DNA from: Yuukianura sp. NJ FZ-2021
Lineage: Eukaryota
Assembly: GCA_046563655.1 (NCBI GenBank)
Contig: CM102284.1
Coordinates: 4,898,001-4,962,000 of the forward strand
Direction of reading: 5' to 3'
Length of the DNA stretch: 64,000 bases
Shown here piece by piece: positions 26,090-39,636 of this stretch. A program made the position numbers and the translations under genes. The notes under the pieces were generated by a model. The model ran no database searches. It worked only from the letters and a program-made list of their open reading frames with translations, and was not told where the DNA came from. How positions within the stretch are numbered: the stretch's first letter is position 1; every line of letters starts with the position of its first letter.

Positions 26090-27543
26090 GAGAGTAATTG
26101 CAACTCACTTTATAGAAAATATAGAATATAGAATATAGATATAGAATATGGAACGCTCCATATTCTATATTTTGCGATTATGGGAAATATAGAAAAGTTC
26201 TGTAATTTCGATTATGAAATATAGAATACAGGAGGAAAAGCCCTTTGATTGAGAAAATTGAGACGCGCAGCGTAATTTTTAAAACAACAGTCTTGTTTTA
26301 AACGTATCGTTACTAAATGTCGCCATGTAGCTTCTTAAAATAAGATGAAATGACAATGTCGCCGTAACCTAAGTCTGCTAAAACAATGTCGCCAGTTGCA
26401 TTTTCAATTGCAATGTTACCAATTGCAATGTCGCCACTTGAAATGTCGCCATAACGTATGCCATTTCAAATGTCGCCATAACGTATGCCCATTTGAAATG
26501 TCGCCAATTGCAATGTCGCCAAATGAAATGTCGCCATAACGTATGCCATTTCAAATGTCGCCATAACGTATGCCCATTTGAAATGTCGCCAATTGCAATG
26601 TCGCCACACGAAATGTCGCCATAACGTATGTCCATTTGAAATGTCGCCAATTACAATGTCGCCGCTTGAAATGACACAATAACGTATATCTATTTGAAAT
26701 GTCGCCATAACATATGTCCATTTGAAATGTCGCAACAACGACGTCAAAAAGGTAGTTGTAACGTCGCCAAAGGTAATGTCGTCAAACGTAATGTTGCCAA
26801 TTTCAACGTCAGTCGCCAATAGAGACAACTTAAAACGATAATCCCGCCGTAACCGATGTCGCCGGGTCGAATTTTACTAGTTTCAATGTCGCCATAACCT
26901 GTCGCAAATTGCAATGTCGCCAACTAATGTCCTTAATTGCCATGCTGCCGAAACTCGTGTCGCCGGTTTCAATGTCGCCAGTCACCCTTATTGCAATTAA
27001 CGAATGTTGTTGCTTGTGGCAAATAACTTAGGAATGTCGCCGATTCAAGTTAGTTGAAATGTCGCCGTGCGAATGTTGGAAAGATGTAGTAAATTTGAAT
27101 GTCGCCATCAGAAATTTCGTAAGATGTCGACTTTTGCCAATACAATGTTACAAAAAATATGTCGCCAAGTGATGAATGTCGCAAATGTCGGCAAGTCGCA
27201 GAATTTTTGACACTTTCCCATCGTAACAACTTACTTAAGTGTTTTCTAATTCCTTAAACTTTACGCTAGCATTTGGCGACAAATGACAATTTACCTGGCG
27301 ACACCAATTTTGGCGACATATACCTTCGCGACATTTATTTTGCCCACTTTGCCAGCGCAGTCTACTTTGGCGGGTTTAAACAGGACTCAACCGTTTGAAA
27401 TTCCTGTAACTTATATTTATAATTTTTTTGTATAAATTGTGCAATAAGTGTAGCTGTTCCATATTTCAAAATATAGAATATAAATATAGAATCTATAATT
27501 ATATTCTATATTTCGCTCTATATTTCGGTTTGCAATTACTCTC
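26090..27543. mobile_element. PIF/Harbinger-like non-autonomous element (1454 bp)
   Basis: 14-bp perfect TIRs GAGAGTAATTGCAA (26090-26103) and TTGCAATTACTCTC (27530-27543). 3-bp TSD TTA at 26087-26089 and 27544-27546. Subterminal ATATAGA repeats at both ends; no transposase ORF. Confidence 0.8.
26316..27335. repeat. Minisatellite array of AATGTCGCCA cores inside the Harbinger-like element
   Basis: Dozens of (A)ATGTCGCC cores with variable spacers. A higher-order 85-bp unit (15+15+27+28) occurs at about 26420-26720. Inverted TGGCGACA copies lie near 27270-27335. Confidence 0.9.
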
Positions 27544-28282
27544 TTAGACACTTGTATCACGATGAAAAACAAACAAAAAGCATTGTACTAAAAACAGAGT
27601 TGCATGTACACTAGTAGCAGCATGCAAAAGTAGACGCCTAAATGCTTAAAATGAGTAAGATGCTACCGTTTTGGTAGGTTGCAGGATGCTTTTTCCCCTA
27701 AAGGTAATTCAATTACTTTTCGTCAGCTCTCACGAGTCATCATCCTCCCATAGTCATTTTTTGTGCACTGAATCAGCCCGGGTTGACTGTGCCAAAAAAT
27801 GTGACAAAGATTTAGAAAAGCGGAAGCATATGACAAGATTCCACGGAAAAAAGCGGAGGAACATTTTAAATTGTGTTCCACATTATGGTAACAGCTTACC
27901 GGAAAGTTTTGTCATGGAAGATGTCAGTTTCCAGACTTATATAAAGTAAAACCAGAGTTCTGGAGCAATATTTCAGGATTGCATTGCAACCCTGCAAGTT
28001 TAGTTGCACAAACTGTCGTCCCTGTTGTTTGGCAAGAAACATTGAAGAGTGCACAAGGAATTAATTGTTAATTGGGTGCATCCTAATTCCGCTTCATTTG
28101 AAACTCAAATAGATTATTTGTCGTGAACCTGGACGAGTTAAAACCAGTTGGACAATTCCCTGTGATTATGTATTTCACGATACACCAGAATTAATCAAAA
28201 CTTGGATCTAACAAGAACTACTCCAAAAAGAATTTGAAATTTTTCAAGTAAAGTTCGATGGCCTCCGCAGATATTTCGAATT

Positions 28283-29976
28283 TCAGTTTGTTTTTTGAAT
28301 TGGCTTCTTCGAACTCTTCAAAGCCTTGCTTCTTGCACGTTTCATGTTTTGTAGCAGCGCATACGCAACTAGAATCACAGAAAATTATAAAAATTATAGA
28401 AATGATAAAAATTATACAAATTATAGCGTAATTTTATGTTTCTTACTTGGAATGATGCCAAAGAGTAGATATCCCCTCATAATACTTGGAAAGTGAAATG
28501 TCATGTTATAATTGTTCGGAAGAGCAAGTGAGTATCGCCCAGTTTCAACAAACAATGGAATGGATCTAAATTTTGAAGAAAATTGGTTTGAGGCAAAGTT
28601 GGAAGCGTGATGTAAACTGGGAAATGTTTTAAAAAATTGTGAAACGCTTACGCAAAAATTACAATGGCCTCACAGGCAATTCCAGCAGGATAAAGCAAGA
28701 TCCATGCAGAGTATCTCAGCCAAAGGAGTGGATAGAAATTGACTTTGTAAATTTGGAGCATGTAGAATGGATAGCGTATGAGATCAGCTAGTGACCAAAT
28801 GTAGAATAGGATGAAGACTACTGGCAATGGCTGGATTCGTTCTTCGGTGCTAATCAATGCAAACAGGATAAAGTTCCTGCCGATAATTTGAAGTAATGCT
28901 GGGCCGATAGATGTTTTAGTGAAACCTAGCAGTGGATGCAATATTTCCATGCACTGGATGAGCTGCGAGTAGCGAAATACACTTCCAACATCTTCATAGG
29001 CTTTGTAGAAAGCAGCTGAAGAAAAAAAAGAAGACTTTTAGGAAACAACTTAAAAATTGTTGGCGGAACAAAATTTTTGATAGAAAATGACCTTGGCCAT
29101 CTCTGGAATATTTGACCGATAAAACTCCAATGATGAACAGATTCATGACAAATTGAAAGAGGTTGTACATGAACAAGTAAACGCTTCGAAGACTTTCGAT
29201 CTTGTAGCCAAATTCATCTCGTTTCAAAGATTCGAGCAGGTCGGGAAAATCCTTCATGACATCTTGTGGAACCATGTCTTCGTCGTCTTGTGATTTCCAT
29301 CGGTCAAAGTCCACCTTAAATCAGATGCTGCTATTAACTTCTGGATTACAATTTAGATCCAACCAAGATCAAAACAAGGTTTGTATAGTTAAAATTAGTT
29401 TACCTTGAGCCAGGCTGGCTTCTTATGTGACAAAGTGACCTTCTCCCACCAACCTTTGTCTTCTTTTTGTAACAGGATGTCAATGTCCCGATCCAGGACT
29501 CGATAAGTACTTACCTGGGAGTATAAGAGTGAAAACCATTTTAAATCATGAACTAAAAATCCCGAATTTTGGTATCAAACTAACCTTGGGGTTCACTGCA
29601 TGCGGAAAGTCAAGTTCGAAATGATACTCGTTTTGACCTTGAGCACCTTCTCCAATACTGTCGAAACAAATCTTCGTTTCCGCAATATGGACTCTTGGAT
29701 TCTAGAAAACCAAACAAAATTCGCACACTTCAGTCCCAGTTAACAGATTTAGCGAAATTGAAATTGCATTTACTTGTGCATTCCGGATGTCAACGCGTAG
29801 TGTCACAGCGTTTTCAGTTTGAGCTAGAAATTCAATTTAAAACATATTAAGTTCAACATATTAACAGATCTAATTTCAATTGTAAAACTGGAAAGCGTGT
29901 TACCCCAATAGACAAACGGAGAGCGGACAATGACCCCGGGTCGGTCCGAGCTGATTCTTGGCTTGTCAGCGGCCAT
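28283..29976 (-). CDS. HACD3: Very-long-chain 3-hydroxyacyl-CoA dehydratase 3 (CS domain + PTPLA domain)
   Basis: N-terminal CS domain SPFVYW|AQTENAVTLRVD...WWEKVT..KPAWLK|VDFDRW. PTPLA motifs YLFMYNLFQF, MEILHPLLG, LQIIGRNFIL, DLIRYPFYM and WLRYSAWILLYP. Stop 28283-28285. Confidence 0.93.
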
Positions 29977-30562
29977 CTTAGGTCTGAAACTATAACAAAA
30001 AAATCTCGATTAAACCGCAAGATCGTACCCAGCCAAATTTAGTAAGTGCTTTCGGAAGTGCTCCTTAAAGTACTTTGAGTTTCACTTTTCACCTCACCTC
30101 TTTCTGAATCTGAAGTACCTTACACTTCAGAATATTTCCCGTTCCCAGTAATAAACAATTAAGAAATTGCCAATTTAAAAACTCTCCTTACCTCGACAAG
30201 TGCCTGAAATTAACAGGAAGCACACGGTGGATGTCAATGATCCTTGTCCTGTTTGTTTCCCTCCTTCTAGAAAATTCGATTGGATTGTTTGTAAAGTGAA
30301 TTGAATTCCGCGAAAATTTTTCGCGAAATGCAAACTAACGAGAGGCTTTGTTTTATGAGAGCTTATGAGGAGGAACCTGCCACGTCTTTTTAATCTTATC
30401 AATCAGCTGTACTTATACAGTTAATTCCTTGGGGTTGGGTTAACACGTCACTGGCTTGTTTTGTCTTCTCCAAATTTGCAAATTTTCAGTTTGACAAACG
30501 GCTGACATTGTTGACATTAGTTTGTCAAGTAAAAGTTCACACATAAAACGATCTGTCAAAAT

Positions 30563-30882
30563 CATAGTTCGGCACTTTCGCGATCCCAAGCCAGCGATCC
30601 TGCGCTCCCCGATCTCCGATCCCAGATCGGGGATCGCTTCCAGTAAGATCGCGGGGAAGGCCCAAAGATCGGGGATCGCCTCCAGTAAGATCGCGTGGTA
30701 GGCCGAAAGAGCGGGGATCGCGTCCAGTAAGATCGCGAGGTAGGCCCAAAGAGCGGGGATCGCCGCCAGTAAGATCGCGAGGTAGGCGCAAAGAGCGGGG
30801 ATCGCAGCCAGTAAGATCGCGGGGTAAACGCAAAAGATCGGGGATCGGGTGTTTGGGAGCGCGCCAGAAGTGCCGAACTATG
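30563..30882. mobile_element. hAT-like MITE, copy 1 (320 bp)
   Basis: 15-bp TIRs CATAGTTCGGCACTT / AAGTGCCGAACTATG and five internal 42-bp tandem units. Flanked by GTCAAAAT (30555-30562) and CGTTTGAG (30883-30890). Confidence 0.9.
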
Positions 30883-31284
30883 CGTTTGAGACGCTTTTAT
30901 GAACTTTTCATTTTCATTTGAAATCACAATCACCCATCCACAAAAACACAAAAAACCTAAATCCAAAAATTCGCAATTCTACAATGACATTAACATTTTT
31001 TCTACGGAACATCTTTTTACGCAATTTCTCCTCGCCATAGCAACGATCAACGATACACCTAAAAATTCCAAATTTTGTAAACATTTCTGAAACAAGCAGC
31101 AAAAATTCTGAAAACCTCACAACGGTTGGTTCTGAATATTTGAAATCTAAAGCAGAGTCAGCATTCAGCAATCGAATCTTATTTTTCTGTCACTTTTTGG
31201 AGAAGCCTCTTATTCGTTACTTCGAACAATTCTACAAATACTTCATAGAATTTCAACTATAATTCGTACATTGTCAATTCAGTT

Positions 31285-34200
31285 ATGCAAAGAAACGAAC
31301 GAACTCCAGACAGAGGAGGTGGAGGTGACACGTACGTCCAAGCATCAGGCGGAACCCGTGGTGGTGCTGGAACAACATTTTCCAAAGGCACCAAATCCAA
31401 CATCGGCATTCAAAAACCACGCCCATTCAAAACTCCCGCACCTCTCTTGGGTTCTCCATCTGAATTCATGCAAGAAGCTCTACTCAGAGGCTTACTTCCT
31501 TCAGCAACTGCCCATGCGCAAACAACGACTCAAGAAATCTGTCGTACATCTAAATCGAGTTATGAGTACGACAGTTTCCCGCCAATTTTGCTTCAGCGTG
31601 AAGCAACCAAATCATCTACCAAACAACCTCCAGAGTCATGCACCTCCTGTTCAGAATTCCCGCCCAGCCAAGGTCACTTGCTCGAAGAACTCCGAGCCCA
31701 ATGTCGGCGGGAAAATCGGAATCCAACTCTGTACCGAATTGCAACTCCTTTAGAAATCTCCCGAATTCCAGAACATCTCCGGAACCTCAAAACAATTCCA
31801 CTGGAACCACCAAAAGATGACATCGATGACGACACTCCTCCAGACGCTCCATTACCTTACTACCTTCCTAAAGCGCCTTCCAGTGACAGTCCGAAGAAAC
31901 AGGGCATCAAAAAACCGAAACATCCAAAGTTAAGTCGGAAGCCACAAGCATATTGGCGTTGGGAGAAACCAGACAAGACAAAACCCATCGAACTGCCTTC
32001 TGCCTGTCGAATTGTAGAAGAAGCTCGGCAACCGGAAATTCCCACCGCCGCGGAGCCGAAGAAACCACATCTAGCATCACTTGTAGACTTCGAAGACGGA
32101 GAAAGTGAATCAGACGAAGAACTCATGCCTGAATTTACATTTGAAATTGTCCAAGAACCACCTACACGCAAAAATCCAAAACCAATCACTTCATCCACTC
32201 ATTGCGGACCAAAAATGTAATGAATCAAAATTATTTCAAAATTAGTCACTTCAATTAGTCATTTCAACTTTTAGAAATGAATTAAGTCATGTTTTTGACA
32301 AAAACAAAAGTTTGACGAATTCCGAACACTGAAAGTATCTAAATTCAAAGCAAAATTTCAAAAATTTTGGAAAATTTTTCACATTTTGATCTTCCAGGCC
32401 TCAGAAGCAGGACCAAATTCACACGGCGGAGTACAACATTTACCGCGGACCAAAACTGCTGATCAAAACACGTAGCCACGAGATCATTTTGCATAACGAC
32501 CCGGATTACGAACACAACACTCCAATCAAGCTCTTCATTGAACCATTCGATGACTTTGCAGCCACTTCCAGTACAAAAAAAATACCCTAAAAATGCAATT
32601 TCAATTAAAATTTAGTAAAAAAAATTTAACTTTCAACATTTCAAAATTTCCTAAAATTCGATTTCAGAATGCTGCGAAATCCAAAAAATTACTTTGCTTA
32701 ACGAAGGAACTACTGCTATAAGATTCCAGTGGATCAGAGCTCCTCCAGGTCCATGCATTCAAAAGTTTTTGGGAAACTCTGCAAAATTGCTCGACGCTGG
32801 CAAATCCCTACGACGTCGACACTTTCCCCTTGCAGTTCAAGCTGCCGCAAATCAAAAACATCAGCAGCATTGTAACTTCCAATACAAAAATCCAGCAAAC
32901 AAAAGTTTCTTTCAACTTTTTCAAAATCCTAAACTAATTTTTGTTCAAAAGGCGGCGACATTAGCAGTGGACCACGGAAAATGGCTCTGCATTTGACAAC
33001 TTCCCGTCGCGTCAACCCAGCTTTAACTCGCGCAATTAAAATTCTGAACAACACTGTTAGCTCTGACACTGCTTTTCGAAACTTGCTCCTTCTTCTGTCA
33101 CTTCGCGTTCCAAGATTAAAACGCGAACTGATTCGGCGCACAAAACGTCAACTTAGCAGCCGAACTCTTCCAAGACAAATTCACGACCTTTATCTACGAC
33201 TTCGGAAACAAAGACGTGTCAAGTACTACCAACCTGTGAAGGCTAATAGACGACGACTCCAGTCCCGAGCCAGTTTTGCATATCACGAGGACTTACCAAA
33301 AGGCAACTCAAAATTTAGACATGTGCACCAACAAATTCGATAAAATTTGACTTTCACAATTTTAGAAGAGTGCACCAAGAAATTCGATCAAATTTCATTT
33401 TAAAAATCAAAATTTTAGAGTTGTGCACCAACAATTCGATAAAATTTGATGTTCAAAATTTCAGACGAGTGCACTTGTGACCTGCCATCGGACGGGGACT
33501 CATCGGATTCGTCCCAATCAGATGCTTCCTACAACTTCTTCCTGTTTCCCAACAAACTGCCACACGAATGTGTCTGTTCCCGCCCAGCATCTCCACCCGC
33601 CGCCCCACCGACAACCGCGCTTCAAGAGGAATGCGTTCCCGAGGACACTTCAACTCCACCAATCACGATGCTGCCGGAAGACATGATTTGTTTCTACCCA
33701 CCACAAATGGAATGTATCTGCGAAGGAATCTGCATTTGCGAACCTCCAGCTGAAGATCAAGGAATCTGCGTCTGCGGTCCTTGCTGCATCTGCAGTCCGC
33801 AAGCATCTTGGGGAGCATTGAAATACTGGAGTGCCGGTGAGCAGGAAACGTCAAGTTGTACTTGTATTGGCGTCTGTTCCTGTGGTTTCCCGGCTACGCC
33901 TCCTCCGACACACCGTGCCGAATCCCAGACTAGCTGCATTTGTATCGGAACGTGTGACTGCGGTCAACCGAAACCGGAGTACATCAACTGCACTTGTGAC
34001 GGCCCTTGTATTTGCGAACTTCCTCCAGAGGACGAAAGTTGTCCCTTCGAAGCTGAATGTACAGAAGATGCTTGCCCATGTCCAGACCCATGTGCATGCG
34101 ACATTCCAGAAACAGTTCTTTGCACTTGTGGACCAATCTGTACATGCATTTCTCCACCATTCTCCGCAAGTTGTTCCCAAGGCCACCTTCCAGGAAGTTG

Positions 34201-36263
34201 TCTCTGCACACCCTGTACCTGCGATCCACCTCCCGAAGAAGCTGTTTGTACTTGTGGACCATTCTGTACTTGCAAAACTCCTCCAGCATCGGACGTCTGC
34301 TTTCCAACACTGCCCATCATGCCTCCAGAAGACTGTACTTGCTCAGCTTGTAAGTGCGGTGACTTTCAAAGCTGTGAAAACAAGCTCATGAGCCGCGGAA
34401 CGCAACTTCATCCATTGTGCTACGAACCATATACGCCGCCGCAGACTCAACTGGAGGAGACAGAACAAGCTGGAGAGGAATATGAGGTTCCCGATTCTAG
34501 AAAAGCCAGGCCGAGTTATTTCCTGCGATTCTACAGTGACCAATTCTCAAATACATGCGTGGGGGAAGACGCTGGAGAAGGAGCCATTTGCCCTCCGGCT
34601 CCAAAAGAAACAGTTCCCAAGAAAGCTCCAGTAATCTTAAGCATAATTTACATAAAATAATTTCATAGTCACATAGTCACTTAATTTCAACTTTTCATTA
34701 CTAACTTTTTCCAAAAAATTTTCTCCCTTCCAGAAAATCCGAAAAACCCGAAAAGTGGAATTCATCAAACCAAACTGTCCCGAATTCATTTTCTGCGAAC
34801 TTCCACAAATACTCCTTCCAGGACAAAAGTACAAGTTTGAAATCATGTTTCGTCCAGAAAAACCTGGAATTTACTCCGAAACGATTTACTTGTTGACACA
34901 TCCACGACTAACTTCCGGTGCCTACGGAATTCATCTCCGTGGACTCTGTATCAATCCAGAAAGTTCTCCAGAAACTTGTAATTTTCTGGACAATGTCCAG
35001 GACGACCGAGGCGACCATGAACCTTCTCTCGACACATCCTGCATATCAAAAACTCTCTTTTCAAAAATATACGATCGGCAAGCGAACCAAGCCCTTCACT
35101 CTATCATGGATCATGTCCTTCACTTTCAGCCTGAACAAAAGTTGACATGTCCATACGGGTAACATGAAAATGCTAAAATCCCAAAAACTCATTTGTGACA
35201 AAAATTACAAAAATCTGCTAAAACATTCAAAACTCGTCTCCTTTTTATAGGCGATTGACGTCCGAAGCCATTTTCAAAACTCACAATCGTCACCTCCATT
35301 ACTATCCAGACTCGAGTGAATCAGCGCTGCACATTGTCAAAACGTTGCTCCAACTTCTTGTAGCCAAGACCAACATTGTCGACAATCCCGCTATTTGCGA
35401 ACGTAACATCACGGTAACACGAATCATTCTCCAATAATTTAAGCTTACCGCCAAATTATTGTTCTCCAGCCGATGTACGAACTTCCGAAATCTCGAACTT
35501 TTCAAAATTTTGAATCTTGTTTTCAGAAATTGTACTACGAATTGCTCAAACCGTCTTCGGAACAAGATTATTTCGATGCCAACCTACTTTCAGACGAAGT
35601 GGAAGGTTTGCTGGCCGAATTTCGTACCATTACGACCGAACTTACGAGACCTCCAGTATTCATGGGCATGTCAGCTGCCGAACGCTGTGACGTTGGGCTA
35701 TCAGTGTCTATCCATGCAATGGTCGACGAACTGACCCATTCATTCAACAGGATTTCAGAAACAGTCAAAAATAAATTTACAACACACATTTGGCGAACCG
35801 TATTGGATGGGAAATTGACCAAAGTACGAGAAGCCGAAATTGAAGCAAAACTCCAAAACCAACGTCTAAGAGTATGAATCACCAAATTAACCAAACCAAT
35901 TAATCGGTAATTCATTAACACCCCAACTTAACATTTTCAATTTGTTTCTAGATGGAAACTAAACAACGAACGATGAAATGGGACATTTCTACCCAGACCG
36001 GAGACAATTCCGTTCCGAACTTAGACGACGAAGACGACATCCCTGTACCAGAAGTTCCTGCGGAAGACATTGAATATCAACTGCACCGAATGTACGCAGA
36101 ATCCATTCGGGAATCACGTCTCGCTTCTGCGCAGAGCATAATTGCAAATGCTATTGAGCGCATGGTTTCCTTTATGGACGCTTCTGAAAATCTTTGTGAC
36201 TATGAAAAGCAACAAGTGATTGTCAGCCCAGGCGATGACGATCCCTTCAGATGCTGCCAGTAG
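31285..36263 (+). CDS. MYCBP-associated protein-like (cilia/sperm) with a large Cys-rich internal exon, multi-exon
   Basis: Exons join in frame. Motifs GPKLLIK, TLLNEGTTAIRFQW and ILLPGQKYKFEIMFRPEKPGIYSETIYLLTHPRL..GIHLRGLC resemble the MYCBPAP Ig-like region as recalled. Cys-rich exon at about 33465-34630; stop 36261-36263. Confidence 0.6.
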
Positions 36264-39200
36264 TTTGAAATCCAATCAACGAAACGAACCAACCGACTTA
36301 AGAATCGTAAAAAAAACTTTTAGAAGAAAATAAAAAATAAAAAACACTATTCACCAGAAAATTAAAATAAATTTTGAAGAAAAAAAATTGTTGTTACCTA
36401 TTTCTGCCACTTTGCTGACAAAACTTATTAGAATCGACAGTGTGTTTTCGACAAGTTTTTTTTTCACTTACTCCGGCCTGAACCCTTCACCTTAACAATG
36501 ATCGATTTGTAAAAAAATTCAACCACTTTTCAAAAAAGCTTTTGTCCGTATTCTAACCTTGAAGCTTTTCAAAACACGAAACTGGACAATACAAACAAAC
36601 TAGTCGATTTTCAACGTGTCACGAACACTAAAACTTTTCTATTATTGACGCAAGTTCTTATCCATTAGTGTCAGGACATCCCTAGAGTACTGGCAAAGCC
36701 ACGCGCTTGCAAAACTTACGCTTGACCCATACCCATATACTTCAAAAACATCCAGGACACTTTTTCAATCTAACATTATGTTTTTCTAGATTTAGGGCAA
36801 GATAGCCAAAAAATTTCGCACCGAATTTTAACACAGTCGTCACAATTCCAAATTCCACAAATTCGCCAAAAATAAATTTTTATCTGCTGAAGAAACTGCA
36901 ACAAGTCAAATACTGATCCCGATCTGTTAAAAACAAAAACAGGAAAAGAATTTTGAAATTGGAAAAGTTTGTTTTCCCTCATATTTTTTTTACGATTCAA
37001 AATTTCCCACGCCCTGGCCATGATCTTTCTGCCTTCAAAACATTTCAAGTTCCTCTTCGTGACGGCGACATCAAAAAAAGTGGGCTCAAAATTTTGAATT
37101 ATTGAAACAATCTACTCCAAACGGAATCGAAAAAAAAGAAAACTATTGACACGCCAAGGACAAAAGTACAAAAGTCAGTCATGAACATACATGATAGAGC
37201 AATTCCCGTCTCTCTAATTTCCCTACACTCGAAACTCCAAAAACCAAAATCCAACCAAATCCGAATTTCAAAAATTTCCATTTCAAAATTACATCCATCT
37301 CAAATCCAATGCTCCCACAAGCTCCCACAAAGTATCTCTTTAGCACTTTTACTTTTTTAGCACCTTGACCTTGCCCGTCAATTTACCACCACAGTAGTTT
37401 ACCAATTCACAAGATCATCTCTTCTACCAACAGACATCTCTTTAGTAGCCAACTCTAACCAATTCGACCTTGATGCACTTAAAACCAAAAAGTAAAAAAT
37501 TTGCACTTTCCACACCCCAATTCCAAAGAATAATTTAAGCATTCCACAAGCATAGAATTAAACCAAACCAAGTAGATATGAATTGCCGCCAGCATTTTCA
37601 CGCCTATCAAAAACTCTTCAACTGTTAAAAGAACAAAACGGAATGAATTTCACTGCCCAATGCCATTTACACCATGTTCAAAAATCTTAACACTAATTTA
37701 ATTGCTCACGATCAAAATAGTTAACCACAGGATGCTAGTAGTTAAAAAAGAACCACTCTAGACTAAACACTTCTGTTGAAGGAAACAATTGATCATAAAA
37801 AAGATTTCGATTTTTATCAAGTGCCAAGACCCATTATTAAAATTCACTAATTAAATGTTGCACATAAAATTTTCCAAGAAAATTTTTCGTGTTCCTCTTC
37901 CATCTAATATCGTCATGGTCCGTTCGTCATCTTTAAAATCCAAAATCTTACAAGCTCCAACCATCCTTAAATCTTGTTTCCTAAAACTTCTTTTGCAATT
38001 TTACAATTCCGCTTCCTATTCCGCTCCTACCTTAAACTCAACGTTAACTAAAGTTAATCTTCACATTCGCAAGTCCTTTACCTTGCAAAAATCTTTAGTC
38101 GCAGAATACCCTACATACATTCTACTTAATGCTCCGCTCCTTAAACCTTAAAGCCTCCGAGATACTTGGTCCTTGTGACCTTAATTCGCAGGTTCTCATC
38201 AACCTATAACTATGATTGAGGGTGGTAATGGCAGCACATCAGTTAATCAACTGCTACTCGCAAGTACTTTGGTACTGGCAGCATCGCCAGCAGGCTATCT
38301 TCCAATCACATGACGCTCCTGTACCAACTACTTAATTGCAACGGACTTAATTGAACATTTGCCATTGTTCTGACTATCTTCCTGCTCAAAGTTGAAACTG
38401 ATTCGTATTCCCCACTGGTTACTGGTTTCTTTGTGTAACATAGTAAGCGAAACTTCCTACTGTGGAAGATGCAGCATCTCTCTTTCTACAATGATGAAGG
38501 AAGATGCCCTGCATCCAAGATTTTTATGGAAGATTAGGATATGGATACAAACTACTAACAAGAAATTGAAACTCGAATTCATAAAGTTAAGCAGCCAAAA
38601 ATTGAAAAAAAAAACTAGGTTGCTATTCTACGCCCTTTCATCTCCACAGGCCACAAATTACCAATTCATTTGAAAACATGTACGCAAAATGACACCACCC
38701 GACCCACCCTGTTTAAGGTGCGTTTTCGAAAGACATTCACAATTGATGCTAATGTGAATTCTAAACTTAAACTTTAAGAATTGGATTTAACGTTAAGAAT
38801 AACTACCATCACAGTTAGACCACTCATCATCACTTCTCATCCTTGCTTCCGGGTATGTTAAGTCTGGGACTAAAACATGACAAAGTCACACGCTATGAGC
38901 TTACACACAACAAAAGTTTAACAATTTTGAGTTTTACAAATGGAGTGGCTTTTCTTTTTTCTACTTTGGGTGGCAACAAGGGCGGAGAAGGAAAAATTTA
39001 ATTTTTCAAAATTGGAGCAGACCTCAGGCAATGTACTCGTTAATTTCAATTTTTTTTTCTTGAATTTTAGGAAATTAGAAAGCAGTAAGAAATTTAGGTA
39101 AGAGAAGAGTTAAATTGAATGTATGCTGAATGTTTTCTCAGAAAATCGTAGTATATGACTTGTGGTTTAGAATTCATTCGTTCATCACTACTCGAGTGAC

Positions 39201-39636
39201 CTGTCTGATGATCTCTGTCACAGAAAATGAGGAAGATGTGAAAAAACTGGTCAAGCAAGTGAAAGAAGATTAATCTCAAGGCAAATGTATCTATTATGCA
39301 GTTTAGTTACAAACGTTGGATCTCCATTCTTACGTTATGCTTATGCCTTAAAGTAAACCTCGGGATTGAAAAGCATATGGGGCAGTATGATACTGCCAGC
39401 ATCACAAAGACTATAAATTGAACCTTGTATTTTGCATAGTAGTAAGTGCCCCTAACACACATTTCGAAACAAAACTCCCCTCATATGAAAAACAGTCGTA
39501 AATCTTTCATCTGAAGCCTAATTAAAACTAAGTTATTGTTAAAACTCAAAATGGTTACAAAAGTTTTGTATTCTTTGTCCTAACAAAAGAAATGAATGAA
39601 TCACAATTTTTGATTTTTTAGAACAAGGAAGCTGGG

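Noticed and set aside
26378-26828. ORFs with MATF / WRHF / GDI repeats
   Set aside because: Translations of the minisatellite.
26316-27335. Constant core with variable spacers resembling a CRISPR array
   Set aside because: The core is only about 10 bp, spacers are short and themselves repeated, there are no cas genes, the context is eukaryotic, and the array lies within TIRs.
30537-30966. ORFs with LPRDLTGGDPRS or PRSYWRRSPLF repeats (also 41286-41756)
   Set aside because: By-product of the 42-bp (14-codon) repeat inside the MITE; no gene structure.
36300-39600. Short ORFs and possible snoRNA boxes in the A/C-skewed spacer
   Set aside because: No coherent exon chain, protein motif or properly paired C/D boxes could be supported.
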